Assembly: GCA_041494705.1 (NCBI GenBank)
Contig: JBGQBI010000001.1
Coordinates: forward strand, 270,001-302,000
DNA: 32,000 bases
Reading direction: 5' to 3'
From: Candidatus Methanoperedens sp.
GTDB taxonomy: Archaea; Halobacteriota; Methanosarcinia; Methanosarcinales; Methanoperedenaceae
Positions 6,927 to 15,616 of the stretch are shown one piece after another. How positions within the stretch are numbered: position 1 is the first letter of the stretch; each line of letters begins with the position of its first letter. The translations under genes were made by a program, and so were the position numbers. A model generated the notes under the pieces. The model made no database searches and was not told the DNA's origin. It saw only the letters and a list, made by a program, of their open reading frames with translations.

Positions 6927-8411
6927 ATGAACATCGTTCCATCTTATATTTCCAATCTGGATGATATTCTTGAAGGGGGTTTCATTAAACCCTCTGTCGT
7001 CCTTGTTGCTGGCGCGGCAGGAAGCGGGAAAACCACATTCGCCGCCCAATCCCTGTTCAACGCAGCCAGGAAAGGCGAGACATGCCTTTTCATTTCAACG
7101 CTTTCAGAGCCCCCTGCGATGATTAACAGCTATATGTCACGGTTCTCATTCTTTGACAATAAGCTTTATGAAACCAACAAGATGAGCATCGTAAGCATAA
7201 ACGAGTCCTTATTAAAAGAGGGGCATGATGCAGTGCTGGATTTCATTAACAAGAAAATATCCTTACTTAAACCTTCAAGAATCGTCATCGACCCGCTCAC
7301 TGTGCTCGGCGACATCCTGAAATCCTTCGAAGGCAGGGCGGTGAGCGATGATGAAAGGCGCGGTTTTTATTTTGATTTATTCACTTCCATGAAAAGCTGG
7401 AACACACTGGTTATCATCACTGGCGAATTCATGCTTGACGACCTACGCAAAAGCGTGGTGGGATACCTTGCAGACGGAATAATATACATCTCCGAGGAAA
7501 CCGTGGGCATGCGGGTTGAACGCAACCTTCGCGTCCTGAAAATGAGGGGGCAAAAATACGTTTCAGGGAAACATTCGCTGGATATAAGGGATGCAGGCAT
7601 CATCGTCTTCCCGAGGCTTTTGCCGCAAACAGAGGATAGAACACCCGCCTCCTCAATTAAAGTTAGCACAGGAATTCCAGGTCTTGATAAAATGTTAAAG
7701 GGCGGTATTCCGGATGATGATGTCGTACTGATATCCGGGACGACAGGAACAGGTAAAACCACATTTGGTCTCCATTTTATTTGCGATGGGCTTAATAGAG
7801 GCGAGAACGCGCTTATTATTTCTATGGAAGAGCGACCGTCGAAACTTTTACGGAATGCAAAAACGTTTGGTTTGGAGCTTCAGCCATTCATAGATAAGAA
7901 AATGCTTGAAGTCCTGTATGTTTCCCCGATTTCATACCGGCCTGATGAAGAAGCTTTGATAATAAAAGCAAGAATAAAGGAAAATAATGTAAAACGCATC
8001 TTATTCGATGGCATAGAAAACCTTGAGACTGCGATTCCGGATATTATCGAGCGTAAGAACTATATCACTGTCCTTCTTGACCTTTTCTCGTCGATGGGCG
8101 TGACCACAGCAGTAACCAGCGAGATATCCGAACTTTTCGGTGCTGTCAAGCTGACCCAGGAAGCTTTGTCCAGCGTGGTTGATAATATTATTCTCTTAAG
8201 GCATGTTGAAATTGATGGAAAGATACGCGGCGTCCTTAGCATACTCAAGTCTCGCGGCATCGAGCATGATACAGAGATACGGGAATTTGAAATCACTGGA
8301 AAAGGAATTGATGTCAGAGGTTCGATGAAAGGATACGAAAGCGTGCTCAGCGGAAGTGCACGAAAAACACCTGCGGACATATTCAGGGAAACATTCGGTG
8401 AAAAGCATTGA
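6927..8411 (+). CDS. KaiC-like double-domain RecA-superfamily ATPase
   Basis: Two KaiC-type domains. Domain 1 has Walker A GAAGSGKT and LKMRG. Domain 2 has GIPGLDKML.GGIP, Walker A GTTGTGKT, the SMEE catalytic pair and ILKSRG. Confidence 0.9.
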   Translation: MNIVPSYISNLDDILEGGFIKPSVVLVAGAAGSGKTTFAAQSLFNAARKGETCLFISTLSEPPAMINSYMSRFSFFDNKLYETNKMSIVSINESLLKEGHDAVLDFINKKISLLKPSRIVIDPLTVLGDILKSFEGRAVSDDERRGFYFDLFTSMKSWNTLVIITGEFMLDDLRKSVVGYLADGIIYISEETVGMRVERNLRVLKMRGQKYVSGKHSLDIRDAGIIVFPRLLPQTEDRTPASSIKVSTGIPGLDKMLKGGIPDDDVVLISGTTGTGKTTFGLHFICDGLNRGENALIISMEERPSKLLRNAKTFGLELQPFIDKKMLEVLYVSPISYRPDEEALIIKARIKENNVKRILFDGIENLETAIPDIIERKNYITVLLDLFSSMGVTTAVTSEISELFGAVKLTQEALSSVVDNIILLRHVEIDGKIRGVLSILKSRGIEHDTEIREFEITGKGIDVRGSMKGYESVLSGSARKTPADIFRETFGEKH

Positions 8412-8695
8412 TATTCAATAAAACTATCTTCTTGATTTTGATTCTGGTTTTAGGCCTTTCATACGTATTCCTCTTAAGTTTACCTTTTAGTATCGCATAT
8501 TTTTACGAGAAAATTTTTAAAAAGTTTGCGCTTCCCTACCTTTTTATTATTTCAGGCGGTTTATTCATCATATCGTTTCTCATTTTTTTTTATGATTTCT
8601 GGAGCGATATCGGTGCCGGCTTTTTTGCATCGGGGGGCATTTTACTGGCTGCCGCAAGCCTCAGGCTTTACTTTGTGATGACGGGGGGCGACTAA
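8408..8695 (+). CDS. small polytopic membrane protein (95 aa, about 3 TM), unknown function
   Basis: The TTG start overlaps the kaiC-like TGA stop (8408-8411). Three hydrophobic segments (IFLILILVLGLSYVFLLSL, YLFIISGGLFIISFLIFF, FFASGGILLAAASLRLYF). I recognise no family. Confidence 0.55.
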   Translation: MIFNKTIFLILILVLGLSYVFLLSLPFSIAYFYEKIFKKFALPYLFIISGGLFIISFLIFFYDFWSDIGAGFFASGGILLAAASLRLYFVMTGGD

Positions 8696-8696
8696 A

Positions 8697-9047
8697 ATGA
8701 TTACACCTGTGGCGCATCTGTTACTTCAATCCGTCGGGACAATCGGTGTTGTTATTTTTTATCTTATTCTTTCGCGACTCAGCGCCCGGATGGGAGAGGG
8801 ATTAAGGCTTCCACCTTATTACAGGTGGCATTATGCCGCATGCATTATTGCTTTATCTTCTATTCCAGTTCATTTATATTTACATCAAAACTATGAGATA
8901 CCTGGTTTAGCAGATTCTTCCCTGGATTTACAGGCGCTCTATATTTCTTTGCTTATAATCAGTAATGTTATCGTCATTTTAGTATCATTCAGATACTGGG
9001 GATGGTTAAAAGATGAACTTCTCGGCAAATTGGAACAAGGGAGGTAA
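8697..9047 (+). CDS. small polytopic membrane protein (116 aa, about 3 TM), unknown function
   Basis: The ATG lies 1 nt after the preceding stop, with a G-rich SD (GGGGGG) upstream. Hydrophobic segments: VGTIGVVIFYLILS, AACIIALSSIPVHLYL, ALYISLLIISNVIVILVSF. I recognise no family. Confidence 0.6.
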   Translation: MITPVAHLLLQSVGTIGVVIFYLILSRLSARMGEGLRLPPYYRWHYAACIIALSSIPVHLYLHQNYEIPGLADSSLDLQALYISLLIISNVIVILVSFRYWGWLKDELLGKLEQGR

Positions 9048-9053
9048 ACCAAA

Positions 9054-9419
9054 ATGGGTAAAAAAATAATGGTAGTGGACGATGAACCTGATACAGTTGA
9101 CTTGATAAAACTCGTGCTTGAAACAGAAGGATTTGAAGTTATAACAGCCTTTAGCGGAAAAGAGTGCCTGGACAAGCTGTCATTGGAGGAGCCTGACGCC
9201 ATACTTCTGGATATAATGATGCCTGAAATGGATGGATGGGAAGTATTCAAGAAAATCAGGCAAAACTACAAAAAGCTTCCTGTGGCTATCCTTACAGTAA
9301 GGAACCAGGACATAGATAAAATGCTGGGGCTGCATGTGCTTAAAGCAAACGATTACATCACGAAACCTTTTGGGAGAAAAGACCTGGTCGAAAGAGTCAA
9401 AAAGATGGTAAAATCGTGA
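9054..9419 (+). CDS. stand-alone response regulator receiver (CheY-like REC) protein
   Basis: VVDDEPD ... AILLDIMMPEMDG ... ILTVRN ... YITKPF are the canonical REC acidic pocket, phospho-acceptor Asp, and the Thr and Lys positions. GGAGGT lies 9 nt upstream of the ATG. Confidence 0.9.
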   Translation: MGKKIMVVDDEPDTVDLIKLVLETEGFEVITAFSGKECLDKLSLEEPDAILLDIMMPEMDGWEVFKKIRQNYKKLPVAILTVRNQDIDKMLGLHVLKANDYITKPFGRKDLVERVKKMVKS

Positions 9420-12400
9420 GCCTGAATATAACCCAGAAATTAATAATATTCCTGATACTGATATCGCTTCTGCCTTATGCGGCAGTGACCTATTACAATT
9501 ACTCGTCAGAAAAAGCCGCTCTTGAGAAAACTGTTTTCGATGATTTGAGCGCCCTTGTGGAAGCAAAGAATACCCATATCAACACTGTTGTGAATTTCAG
9601 GATAGAACAGGTAAAGGAAGTCGCCACCTCAAACTACATGCAGCAGATTGAAACCGGGAAAACGGGAGACATCAACCTGAACCTCCTGAGAGTACAAAAG
9701 CAAATACCTGAATTTCTTGAGATATCCGCCCTTGACCAGAACGGCACAGTTGTTGCATCCACGGAAGCCGGATTGATAAATAAAAACTATGCGGGCGAGG
9801 ATTTTTTTAAGAACGGTACAAAGGGAGTGTATCTTGGAAATATAAACTATTATGATAACAGGACGGCATACATCGTATCATATAACGTATTAAATAGAAG
9901 CACGGGCAAACCCATAGGCGTAGTTGCAGCCAGGATTATGCCGGTTTTCATATACGATGTTACCTCGGATTATACCGGATTGGGGGAAACCGGGGAATCT
10001 CTCCTTGTCCAGAAAAGGGGAAATGAGGTCGTATTCCTGAATCCTTTACGCCATAATGCAAGCGCTGCCTTATTCCTTAAATACCCGCTGGATTCAAGCC
10101 TCGCCCTTCCCGCAATCCTTGCGGCGAAAGGAGAAAATGGCACAATTCGCGCACTTGACTACCGGGGAAAAGAAGTTTTTGCAGCATACACCTATATTCC
10201 AATCGGAGATTGGGGACTGGTGGTGAAGATAGATTCATCCGAAGCATTGATTCCTGCGGTAAAGTCAAGAGAAAGGTCTTTAGCCCTGGGTATATTTTAT
10301 TTTGCTGTAATATCGGTCTTAGCCTATTTTCTTGGCAGGAGAATTACAGCTCCGCTAATCCGGCTTACAGATGCTTCCAGGAAAGTAACTAAAGGTTATC
10401 TCACCGTTCATATAGAGCCAAAGAGCACGGATGAAATCGGGGAACTTGCGCAGTCTTTTAATGCAATGGTACAGCGATTGAAAGAAGTATATGAAGGGCT
10501 GGAACAAAAGGTAAAAGAGAGAACCGGGGATCTGGATAAAAGGAATCTTGAATTGGCGGCACTTATTAAAACGAACCAGAGCATTTCAAGCGGTCTTGAC
10601 CTTAAAAAAGTCCTGGATATTGTGGTCAGGGAAGCGGTGAGGATAGTCAATGTCTCATACTGCTCTATCATACTCATAGAAAAGGGCGCCATGTCCGGGA
10701 CGGTAGCTTCGGAATACAGCCCCAAAAAACAAATAAAACCGTCCCGGGGTGAAATATTATTTCTTAAAGAATGCCCCACGTTGAACGAAGCGTACCAGGG
10801 CAGGAAATATTTACTTGTACCGGATATTGCCGGCTCAACCCTGTCGCCAAAAGAGAGGGGAATGGCGGAAAGGCTTGATATGAGGTCTCTCCTTGTGGTG
10901 CCCCTTGTCCTGGGAGAAAAAACATTGGGGACAATGCAGCTTGGCAGCCTTGGCGAGGTAAAGGAATTTACAGGAGAGGAAATCGGTATATGCCAGGCGA
11001 TTGCAACCCAGGCCGCGATAGCCATTGAAAATGCGAATCTATACGAAGAGCTCAAATACCACGATGAGACGCTTGAGACACTTTATGAAATAGACAAGGT
11101 GGTAAGCCAGTCCCTTGAGCTTGACGAACTATTAAGAGAATCAATAACCAAATCCATCCAGGTAACGTCTGCCGATGCCGGATGGATTTATCTGCTGCAA
11201 GAAGACGGGGAAACCCTGAACCTTCAGACCTACATCGGTATCTCACCCGGGCTTGCAAAAGCTGCTTCAAAACTAAAAGTCGGGCAGGCAGTTTCGGGAA
11301 TGGCTGTCAAATCAGGAAAACCGGTAACCATGGACATCGAGAACTATCCTTATCCCCGGCTTCTCACCCTCATGGAAAAAGATGGTATAAAGTCCCTTGT
11401 GGGTATCCCCCTTATTGCAAAAGGGAAGGTGGGCGGGGCGATGGTTCTCTCAAACCGCAAGCACAGGATTTTCGAAAAAGAAGATATTGATCTCCTGTCA
11501 TCCATCGGGAGCCAGGTAGGAGTGGCAGTAGAAAATGCCAGGTTGTATTCCGAACTCAAGCGCCATGATGAGACCCTGGAGACGCTTTTTGAAATAGACA
11601 GGGTGGTGAGCCAGTCCCTTGACCTGGATGAGATTTTCAGGGAGGCGCTTGCCAAGACCATCCAGGTGACATCGTCCGATGCAGGTGCGATTTATACACT
11701 TGAAGAAGACGGGAAAACGCTTAAATTGAAGACATCTTCCGGTCTTTCCATGGATTTTGTCGGGGCGGTTTCTGAAATAAAAGTGGGCGTGGGCATTGCT
11801 GGTGGCGCTGCCCTGGCAAAAAAACCTCTCGTCACTGATATTGACCACTTTCCGAGCAGCGATCTTTTGCCCTCTTTAAAAAAAGAAGGGCTGGTAACGC
11901 TTGCAGGTATGCCGCTTATGGCTAAAGGCAGGGTGGTTGGAGCAATGAACCTTGGAAACAGAAGCAGGAGAACATTCTCAAAACAAGACCTCGATGTCCT
12001 CGCATCCATTGGCGGGCAGATAGGCGTCGCCATAGAAAACGCACGATTGTACCAGGAAGCAAAAACCTCTTATGAAAAACTGCAGGCTGCATACGAGGAG
12101 CTAAAATCCCTGGACAGGATGAAAAGCGAGTTTCTTTCAAATGTTTCACATGAGCTGAAAACCCCGCTGGTTTCGATAAGGGGATACAGCGAGTTACTGC
12201 GTGACGAAAAACTCGGGTTAATAAAGGATGAACAAAAAAAGAGCCTTGAAGCTATTATCAGGAACGCCGACAGGTTGACCCGCCTCATAAATTCGATATT
12301 ATTCATCAGCAAGATGCAGGCTGAGAAACTCGAATTCCAGTTCCAGCCTGTGGATATGGATGAAATTGTAAAGATATGCGTGGACGATGCTAAAAGCATG

Positions 12401-12799
12401 ATGGATACGAAACAAATTACATTCGAAAAGGATATACCCAGAATATCAAAAGTCAATGGGGAAAAAGACAGGTTTATAGAAGTGATAAGCAATCTTCTTG
12501 ACAATGCAATAAAATTCACGCCAACCGGAGGGAAAATTTCAATAAAAGCCTTGGATGAAGGAGAGTTTGTCCACCTCACGGTGACCGATAACGGAATCGG
12601 TATTCCTTCGGAAATAATACCGAGATTGTTTTCACGTTTTTACCAGGCTGATGCTTCCGCTTCAAGAAAGTACGGGGGAACAGGTCTTGGACTGTATATC
12701 ACAAAAAACATTGTCGATGCGTTTCGCGGAAAGATATGGATTGAAAGCGAGGTCGGGAAAGGGACAAAAGTGCATGTTTTACTGCCAATCGCAAGGTAG
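9416..12799 (+). CDS. membrane sensor histidine kinase: TM - double-Cache-like extracytoplasmic domain - TM - HAMP - 3x GAF - HisKA - HATPase_c
   Basis: The GTG start overlaps the REC stop (GTGA, 9416-9419). TM segments are LIIFLILISLLPYAAV and LALGIFYFAVISVLAYFL. HAMP: DEIGELAQSFNAMVQRL. There are three GAF-like blocks, each ending in ENA(N/R)LY. H-box SHELKTPL, N-box LLDNAIKFT, G1 DNGIGI, G2 GGTGLGL. Confidence 0.9.
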   Translation: MSLNITQKLIIFLILISLLPYAAVTYYNYSSEKAALEKTVFDDLSALVEAKNTHINTVVNFRIEQVKEVATSNYMQQIETGKTGDINLNLLRVQKQIPEFLEISALDQNGTVVASTEAGLINKNYAGEDFFKNGTKGVYLGNINYYDNRTAYIVSYNVLNRSTGKPIGVVAARIMPVFIYDVTSDYTGLGETGESLLVQKRGNEVVFLNPLRHNASAALFLKYPLDSSLALPAILAAKGENGTIRALDYRGKEVFAAYTYIPIGDWGLVVKIDSSEALIPAVKSRERSLALGIFYFAVISVLAYFLGRRITAPLIRLTDASRKVTKGYLTVHIEPKSTDEIGELAQSFNAMVQRLKEVYEGLEQKVKERTGDLDKRNLELAALIKTNQSISSGLDLKKVLDIVVREAVRIVNVSYCSIILIEKGAMSGTVASEYSPKKQIKPSRGEILFLKECPTLNEAYQGRKYLLVPDIAGSTLSPKERGMAERLDMRSLLVVPLVLGEKTLGTMQLGSLGEVKEFTGEEIGICQAIATQAAIAIENANLYEELKYHDETLETLYEIDKVVSQSLELDELLRESITKSIQVTSADAGWIYLLQEDGETLNLQTYIGISPGLAKAASKLKVGQAVSGMAVKSGKPVTMDIENYPYPRLLTLMEKDGIKSLVGIPLIAKGKVGGAMVLSNRKHRIFEKEDIDLLSSIGSQVGVAVENARLYSELKRHDETLETLFEIDRVVSQSLDLDEIFREALAKTIQVTSSDAGAIYTLEEDGKTLKLKTSSGLSMDFVGAVSEIKVGVGIAGGAALAKKPLVTDIDHFPSSDLLPSLKKEGLVTLAGMPLMAKGRVVGAMNLGNRSRRTFSKQDLDVLASIGGQIGVAIENARLYQEAKTSYEKLQAAYEELKSLDRMKSEFLSNVSHELKTPLVSIRGYSELLRDEKLGLIKDEQKKSLEAIIRNADRLTRLINSILFISKMQAEKLEFQFQPVDMDEIVKICVDDAKSMMDTKQITFEKDIPRISKVNGEKDRFIEVISNLLDNAIKFTPTGGKISIKALDEGEFVHLTVTDNGIGIPSEIIPRLFSRFYQADASASRKYGGTGLGLYITKNIVDAFRGKIWIESEVGKGTKVHVLLPIAR
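11027..12034 (+). repeat. tandem duplication of a 504-nt (168-aa) GAF module inside the histidine kinase gene
   Basis: The conserved junction ENA(N/R)LY(E/S)ELK(Y/R)HDETLETL(Y/F)EID(K/R)VVSQSL(E/D)LDE starts at 11027 and again at 11531. The third ENARLY begins at 12035, so both units are exactly 504 nt. Confidence 0.8.
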
Positions 12800-12834
12800 C
12801 AATGAATAAGGGATTTATCGGATTAGCTACCTTT

Positions 12835-13593
12835 TCATTTTGTTATTTCAGCCCTTTTTATTTCTGACCCAAGCGACTTGAGAATCAAATCCCGAATGGT
12901 GTTGGCTTCAGGGCCTGTCCTCACCCTGGGACGTGGCAGCTTAATGTCAAAAATCTCTTTTACCGTGCCCGGGCGGGCTGACATCACAACGACCCTGTCT
13001 GCAATATAGACCGCTTCATCCACGCTGTGAGTTACGAACAGCACGCTTATGTGTTCCTTCTCCCATATCCGCAAAAGCTCGGCCTGCATAATGTTCCTTG
13101 TCTGGGCATCAAGCGCGCCAAACGGTTCATCCATCAGCAGGAGTTTTGGTTTATTCGCATATGCACGCGCTATGCCCACCCTCTGTTTCATCCCGCCTGA
13201 TAATTCATGCGGGAAATGGTTTTCAAATCCTCTCAAACCCACAAGGTCGATATAATGCCGTGAAATCCTCTCGCAATCTTCTTTGTGACACCCTTTCACC
13301 TGAGGCCCGAACTCGATATTGTCTTTGGCAGTCCTCCATGGGAACAGTGCATATTCCTGGAACACGAATCCGCAATCCTTATTCGTGCCTACTATCTTTT
13401 TCCCGTCAAGGAATATTTCACCGCCCGTTGGGGAATCAAGTCCTGCCGCCAGGCGAAGGATAGTGGTTTTTCCGCATCCGCTCGGACCGAGAAGACATAC
13501 AAATTCCCCATCGGATACATCAAAATTCACATTTTCAAGAGCAAGAAAGTCATTGAATTTTTTGAAGATACCTTTTAAGATTAATCTACCCAT
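12835..13593 (-). CDS. ABC transporter ATP-binding protein (NitT/TauT nitrate/sulfonate/bicarbonate-type)
   Basis: Walker A GPSGCGKT, Q-loop, signature LSGGMKQR, Walker B LLLMDEPF, H-loop TH. The size and the TILRLAAGL context are typical of SsuB/TauB-like ATPases. Confidence 0.9.
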   Translation of the reverse strand: MGRLILKGIFKKFNDFLALENVNFDVSDGEFVCLLGPSGCGKTTILRLAAGLDSPTGGEIFLDGKKIVGTNKDCGFVFQEYALFPWRTAKDNIEFGPQVKGCHKEDCERISRHYIDLVGLRGFENHFPHELSGGMKQRVGIARAYANKPKLLLMDEPFGALDAQTRNIMQAELLRIWEKEHISVLFVTHSVDEAVYIADRVVVMSARPGTVKEIFDIKLPRPRVRTGPEANTIRDLILKSLGSEIKRAEITK

Positions 13594-14390
13594 TTTATGA
13601 ACCTCTTTTGCAAAAGAAGTATGCTGATATTCATTATGTACCCGATTACTCCTATCACAATCATGCCTGCAACCATTTCCGGATATCTCCCGAGCTCACC
13701 CATGTTCCAGATAAAATAACCAAGACCGACGGGACTCCTGATAACCATTTCGGCTGCCACGATTGCCATCCAGCCCACGCCAAGACCGATGCGCAAGCCT
13801 GCTATTATGAATGGAAAAGCCGATGGTATGATAACCTTTGTTATCATCTGCGACTCTGAAGCGCCAAGCGTCTTTGCCGCGTCAATAAGCCTTGCGTCTG
13901 TGGATTTTACACCATGGATGGTATTGAGGATAATGGGGAAAACCGTTCCTATGAAAACGATGAATATCTCACCCCCGGCCACAAGGATGAATACCGCAAG
14001 AGGTATCCATGCCATCGGAGGCATGTTGCGTACGATTTCAATGATAGGATTGAGTATATTCCCGATAGGCTTTGAGTATCCTATTCCGATACCCAACGGG
14101 ACTCCTATAATAAAAGCGATAATACCTCCCTCTATGACACGCAGAAGACTTGCCTGTGTATGCTCGAGCAGCCCATATGTAAGCGCGGGTCCATAGGTCC
14201 GGGTGACCAGTGACCCGACAAATGCGTACCAGGTTTCAATAGGTGTAGGAACATCCCGCAGCCGGATGAAGGGGATATTGAAAATATTGTCCCTTGCCAG
14301 GATTACCAGAACATGCCATAATACCACAAAACCGATGAGGGAAAGGATGTTGATAACCAATCCTTTTTTCCCCGGATCGAGTTTCATCAA
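13581..14390 (-). CDS. ABC transporter permease (NitT/TauT family)
   Basis: About 6 TM segments and an EAA-type loop (DAAKTLGASESQMITKVIIPSAFPFI). It overlaps the ATPase gene by 13 nt and the binding-protein gene by 4 nt. Confidence 0.85.
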   Translation of the reverse strand: MMKLDPGKKGLVINILSLIGFVVLWHVLVILARDNIFNIPFIRLRDVPTPIETWYAFVGSLVTRTYGPALTYGLLEHTQASLLRVIEGGIIAFIIGVPLGIGIGYSKPIGNILNPIIEIVRNMPPMAWIPLAVFILVAGGEIFIVFIGTVFPIILNTIHGVKSTDARLIDAAKTLGASESQMITKVIIPSAFPFIIAGLRIGLGVGWMAIVAAEMVIRSPVGLGYFIWNMGELGRYPEMVAGMIVIGVIGYIMNISILLLQKRFIKWVD

Positions 14391-15490
14391 TAACTGACCT
14401 TAAGCCCTTCCTTATCGGCCTCCATCAGGAAAAGCACATGCTGGATGGTTCCCGGGCCGGGGTATCCAACCGTCTTGCCGCTTAAATCCTTCATCGAGGT
14501 GATATTCTTTCCCACCACGATAACAGACCCTTCATTATTCATCCCCGCTACCACTTCGACACGGGTATCATCCAGGGCGAAATCATTGCTGTTTATCCTG
14601 TGGATGATTACAGGCGGGATGCCAAGGCTTCCGATATCTACGGCTCCTGATTTGAACCCTTTTTGCATCTCGAAAGCGCCGTTCTGGAACGGCGTACCTT
14701 CGGCGAGGGTGATATTTATTCCAGCATCTTTGAACCAGCCTTTTTTCCATCCTACATAGAATGGCAGCTCATGGATATCACTTACAAGATAGGCATAGCG
14801 GATTGTTACCGGCGTCTTCAATGCCACGCTTGTAAGATTGGCATTTTTATTCTGCGATGCCCATTCGGAGTAACTATTGTTAATCAATGCATTTGCATAA
14901 TCCGAAGCGTTCTTATATCCGGACTGGTTCCATTTCCCCGAGTCAAAAATACCGAAATCCTGTATCCTGCTTATAAATGTCTGCGCACCTGCAATGTTGG
15001 GAGTATAAACGAATTCGACATCCGAAAGGCTAAGATTTGCCGCTGCAGGGTCGGTCATACTTCCAAATTCCATCGTATAATTTATCAGGTCTTCATGATC
15101 CGGCGAGTTTGTTGCCTTTGCATTATTGATGTATTCTACGGATTTTAGCTGGATAAGTGCCATGCGTTTCAGGATATCATCGGCGTTCGTTGTATTCTTG
15201 TACCAGTTATAATCGTATGCGACTACGCAGCATGGGTGCCCTTTCCAGATTTGTCCTGAGTATAACAAAGGTTTGCCGTACCCTTTGGTGATTGCGATTG
15301 CAGGGTAAGGTTCCCACATAATGAACCCGGCGATTTCGCCGGTCCCCAATCTCTGCACCATGTCCTGTCCGCTCATTTTCACAAGATTAATGGGCTCTGA
15401 AACTGATTGTGGGGTCTTATTGCCTCCGATGCATCCGGCTGCGAATATCGCTAAAACAACTACCAATAGAATTTTCAATGAATTTTTCAT
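14387..15490 (-). CDS. ABC transporter substrate-binding lipoprotein, NMT1/SsuA/TauA-like, apparently circularly permuted
   Basis: I trimmed the start to ATG 15490 (MKNSLKILLVVVLAIFAAGC, lipobox-like AAGC) with GGAGGG upstream. The C-terminal part carries motifs normally N-terminal in SsuA-like proteins (TIRYAY ... GAVDIGSLGIPP ... MKDLSGKTVG ... GLKV). The N-terminal part carries the normally C-terminal motif (GEIAGFIMWEPY). Confidence 0.75.
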   Translation of the reverse strand: MKNSLKILLVVVLAIFAAGCIGGNKTPQSVSEPINLVKMSGQDMVQRLGTGEIAGFIMWEPYPAIAITKGYGKPLLYSGQIWKGHPCCVVAYDYNWYKNTTNADDILKRMALIQLKSVEYINNAKATNSPDHEDLINYTMEFGSMTDPAAANLSLSDVEFVYTPNIAGAQTFISRIQDFGIFDSGKWNQSGYKNASDYANALINNSYSEWASQNKNANLTSVALKTPVTIRYAYLVSDIHELPFYVGWKKGWFKDAGINITLAEGTPFQNGAFEMQKGFKSGAVDIGSLGIPPVIIHRINSNDFALDDTRVEVVAGMNNEGSVIVVGKNITSMKDLSGKTVGYPGPGTIQHVLFLMEADKEGLKVSY

Positions 15491-15616
15491 GATTAACCCT
15501 CCGTAATAATTAATTATTATCTTCACAAACACTGTATTTAACAATTTCCATATTTATACCTGTAATAACCCAAATGTATTAATTAGTAATGAGATATATA
15601 CAATCGTGATAAGAGA

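Noticed and set aside
10408-12579. Long antisense ORFs (215, 103, 116, 113 and 169 aa) inside the histidine kinase gene
   Set aside because: The sense frame has unambiguous HAMP/GAF/HisKA/HATPase motifs. The antisense products are Ser/Arg/Pro-rich low-complexity sequences with no motifs. These are typical shadow ORFs.
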